A stretch of 61,964 bases of DNA, counting the filler. It is 13 parts of 13 records of this genome, joined end to end, with 100 filler letters (N's around TTAATTAATTAA, not from the genome) between each part and the next. Parts side by side here need not be neighbours in the genome. Positions count along the whole stretch, not along the records: positions 57,547 to 61,964 come from SRR7504441_10262; 12 more parts are not named here. One strand, 5' to 3'. Below are positions 57,906 through 61,964 of the stretch, piece by piece (position 1 is the stretch's first letter; every line of letters begins with the position of its first letter). The notes under the pieces are model-generated. The model did no database searches, was not told the origin of the DNA, and saw only the letters and a list, made by a program, of their open reading frames with translations. A program made the translations under genes and the position numbers.

Positions 57906-60900
57906 ATGGAGGACCAGTCGAGAGGGACGACCGAGGACAACGCCAATAGTAACATCTGATTAGCACTATTGTTGAAAGTTGTACTAATCGTGTTTGGGTT
58001 CAGGGAGCGGGGAAGAGTCGCCACCAAAGAAAGTCAAATTTGCAGAAACTTCTTCATCGCATGCAGGAAGACATGATGGGATGACTTCAAACAGGCAGGA
58101 TGACTTCAGACAGAGAAAGCTGAAAGAGCTGCATGACTACCTCCAATCTGCAGGCTCGACCATCAAAGGTTGGGATGTCACCGTGACGATGAAATCAGAT
58201 AAGAAAGGGTTCGGAGCGCTTTTCAAAAGGTGCGATGATAGTGGCGCACGATTACAGTCCTTTCGATCCTTGAAGAGCGTCAAGGAGGCATATCCCTTGA
58301 AAGGGAAGCAGGACAAGACTCATGCTGTCCCGGAGAGAGGGCAGGGCAAACGAGATTTGTACCCTGATGACGAAGACGAAGGAAAGCGCTCTGTGAGACT
58401 TAGAGAAGATCCCGAACTCAGACTAGAGGAATATCTTGACGTGAATCCAAAACCCGTGATGAAACTTGACGATTTCCGTAGCAAACTAGATGAGTCCAAT
58501 GCACGCATTAAGAAGCTGTACCAAGCTCTGAGGAAGAACGGCATGCAGCAAATCGAGAAGGAATTCACGGCTGTTCCTCCCCTTGTCATCAAGCTTTCAA
58601 GCATCGAAGGGGACAGAGATGAAAATTTAATTTTATCCCAGAAGGATGGAATCCAGCTTCTTAAATTGAATCCTCCGACTTTCAGTTTCTCATTCATGGA
58701 TGGATCTCGACCCGAATGGCAGACTAGCGAACCAGACAAACTCTTGATTGAAGCAATCCGTGTGTTGCTGAATGTGGGTTACATTACACAGGTGAAGTTG
58801 ACTCAGCGGCAGGGAGTTACGGAAGCACACCTTGAGTTCTTGGGACTCGGAATGTATGGTGTGCTTTCGCAGCTCACAGTCGAAGATCACAACCGTGGAG
58901 TGTATAGTACGGCAGGCCAGCGCACCGCAGGCTTATCTCGACAATACAGTGGAGATAAAGTGTACACGCAGCGTGCCTTTGGAAGCTTGGCAGATCATCT
59001 CCAGCAGGATCAACAGCCTCTACCTCACATGGACAAAAGCTGTCTTTTTGGAGCAGTGAAGTTGCTCCTACTCACTGCAGCAGGTGTACACAGTGTGGAT
59101 AAGCTGAAGGCCAAATATGACAAAGATATCCTGAAGGCACGGTTCTTGTTGGATGGTCACATGCATGAACTGTGTGATAAGAAGATGACTGCTGGGTACA
59201 ACACACTTGAACGCAGCGGTAAGTTCAAAGACCTTGTTGAGATCTGCCAAGAAGGGGGTCTCAATACCAGACTCAAGCTGCTGCCACATCAAGTAGTTGC
59301 AATCCAACGTATGGTGAGCATCTGCCTTCAAAGTTTTGACATGTTTATAATTTTATGTCACAGGTTGAGCTGGAGAACGACCCGTTTCTGCGTGGAGGTC
59401 TGCAAGCTGAAGAGATGGGTATGGGAAAGACTGCTGCAATGTTTGGGCTCATCTGTTACCAAAGGGCCAAACGCACCCAGCAAGACTGCACTTACATTCG
59501 TCCTCAGGACGGAGGCATACACTTCAGCCCTCGCTTCAAGCACCTTGCACTGGAAAGGCACGAGGCTCATCTTTTAGATGACGAATGGGCTGGATACGAG
59601 GGAGGTGTTCAAACGGGTACATGGGAACACCAGGTAGGGACCCAAATCCGATATTTCGCCAGCAATACAACACTGTATATTACAGCTCCACATTTGACAG
59701 CACAAGTCAAACAGGAAGCTGAGCAATGGCTGAATCAAGAAGGTCCAAACAATGCAAAAGTACTTTGTTTGAGCTCATCAAATCTCTACAAGAAAACAGA
59801 AGCAGAGCACCTGAAGCTACTTGCACAGGTTGCAGAGTCTAACATCGTTATAATGGACTTTGAGTGTGCTTTACTAGCATCTGGAGTTGAATTCCCTACA
59901 AAAGCAGGACTGGGTCAGGGGGTGGATCGTTCTGAAACCAAGGGTACCACACATCGACTGAATAATAATGCCATAGGGCATGCGAGTCAAATTGTCCCCT
60001 GGAAGCCGACAGTTGGTGACAAGGTACGCATCTATGTGCAGAGAGGTAAGAAAAAGTCTCTCCTTAAAACCTTCAAGAAGCACCGCGATTCTGGCCTTGA
60101 AACGTATGACAATGTTGTCGTACGAAAGCCCAGTACAGAGGCCGATGGTTCTGCAGAGCAAGAAGAGACCGAAATTGCACAAGTGATTCATGTCCGCCAG
60201 ACTGCCAAAGGAATGCTTTACAAACTACGGACAGGGAATCTGATTACATTGAATACATCTTTTGAAGAAAACATTTCAGAAGAAGTTATTGCTGACGTCA
60301 TTGAGAAGGCCCACCAAGGGATGACAGAGTTTCGACTGAACATCTTCGATTGTATGCGTTTTGAGCGTGCTATTATTGATGAACCTCAAGAAGCAGAAGT
60401 AGTTGCAGCAGCACAGCATTCCAACATTTTTATGACCGAGGGTGCTTCACGTATCAATGCAGTCTATCGGTGGTGTGTCTCAGGAACTCCTTTCACAAAG
60501 AATAAGGATGTTCATGGCATTCTTAAATTTCTCCGCCATCCCCTGGCTGAAGCCATTGGGATTTGTCTTAGACCTCTGGCCACCGCACCAAACAAGTTTG
60601 AAGAAGGCATCCAGCTCAGGCTCCGCTCTGAATTAGGACATTTGTATTCCAACTCGTCTCTTGCAGACATGCAAGAGATTGAAGCTTTGGAAGATGAGAT
60701 TCGGTGCACAGCAATTTTGAAGCTTGCAATACAGGTGCTGCAGCCTCTTACTATTAGGCAGTTTGAACGGTCTTCGATCAATCCTGAAAAGGCATCTGCT
60801 TTAAGTTTGGATGTGAAGATCCATTATCCTAAACAGGCCCTTGATGCAAGAGGGACAAAGAGAATTCCAGAGAACTGTGAACCTCGTTTGCTCAAATGGA

Positions 60901-61841
60901 GCGTCAATAATCCTGAGCTATTCGCCCATCTGAATCCTCGCCAGTGTGTACAATACTACGCCTTATGCAAAGACATTGAAAATAAGTTGGTTTCTCAAAA
61001 GATCCATCACAAACGTTTGAAGATGAAGGATGCTCGGCAATTGTTTAAAGCCACATTTGACGTACCGTCTTATGAAGCCAAGTTTGAAGAAGATCTCAAT
61101 AAACACCTTGAAGAGATGGAAGAAAAGGTCGAGAGCCTTGGCATCGACGATTCCACGAAGCAGGCTGTAAGAGCCGCACTCATCGACCCACCACCACCCT
61201 GCGGCGGCAGCAAACGCGTGCAACAACGCCGTCTTACAATGGTGAGAGTACCACTTCCTGGGGAAGGGACCTTGAAGTACACTCTACAGCAGGCGATCCG
61301 AAAAATGGTACACAACACTCAGCAATGTGAGTGCGATTGGGTCAACGATGAAGCTTTTCTGTCCGGAATTGCAGCGAAATTGAAGGGAGCTGGTTGTAGT
61401 CTCAGAGATGCAGAGACCGTTGCTCAAGAAGTACAACCCAAGGCTCGCAATGAGCACGCGCAGAGTTATGGGGAAGATTTCGAAAATCTGTATAAAATTG
61501 GAAAAAATCATTTGACTGCAGTCTCACAGAAAATGATTGACAAGAAGGAGCAGGTGAGGGCCGAAGCAATGCAACACATCCAAAATGTGCATCTGACCCA
61601 ACAGGAGCAAACTGGGGCCGAAGGAATGCAAAACATCCAGACAGGTGGACAAGAGGAGAAGCCGCTGACCCTCAAGGAACGTCTCAAGGGTGTGGGAAGG
61701 GCATCAGGCATCCATTGTAGTGGTTCTATCCTGCAGCAAGTGGCACAACTGGAGTTGGAATTGCTCGAAAAGCAGCAATCTGGTACACTGATTCAACGGA
61801 TTGCTGAATTGGAGAAGCAAGTACTACTCGATAGTAATTAG
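57906..61841 (+). CDS. MBD-like + SNF2_N protein (Rad5/SHPRH-like first ATPase lobe only)
   Basis: Intron 59314-59363 joins LLPHQVVAIQRM to VELENDPFLRGGLQAEEMGMGKT; IIDEPQ; RWCVSGTP; N-terminal GWDVTV...SFRSLKSV. Confidence 0.75.
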
Positions 61842-61964
61842 TTTGTAACACACGCAGAACTAATCATTAATTGTAACATGAACCATCAGCGAGAGAAATA
61901 TTTTGATTTAATTAATCTACCAAATTCCTTTATTCGCGATACAGTTGGCTTGTTAGCCCTTCTA

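Overview
This is not one locus. It is 13 short contigs joined by artificial 100-nt linkers (44 N + TTAATTAATTAA + 44 N), so adjacency across a linker means nothing. The DNA is a compact, GC-rich eukaryotic nuclear genome, probably from a flagellated protist (tektin, AP-3 beta, TAF5, myosin, formin, mS34); I cannot name the lineage. Genes are split by many short spliceosomal introns, mostly 35-55 nt, several with GC-AG ends, so the ORF track shows fragments that I spliced by eye. Recognisable genes: a divergent formin, a PH-SH3-like-VPS9 protein, a JmjC protein, two six-hairpin glycosidase-like proteins, a 2OG-Fe(II) oxygenase, myosin (5' end), an EF-hand/tektin, a degenerate nucleotidyltransferase, a heme oxygenase/cytochrome b5 fusion, mS34, AP3B, an aldehyde dehydrogenase, TAF5, a CobW_C/DUF1826 fusion, a tricorn protease, a PAN-domain protein, an aromatic-acid-exporter-like protein, an HMG-box protein and a half SNF2 ATPase. 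I see no multi-gene system, CRISPR array, RNA gene or intact mobile element. The interest lies in unusual domain fusions and prokaryote-type genes embedded in a eukaryotic genome. All domain calls are motif recognition by eye; no searches were run.
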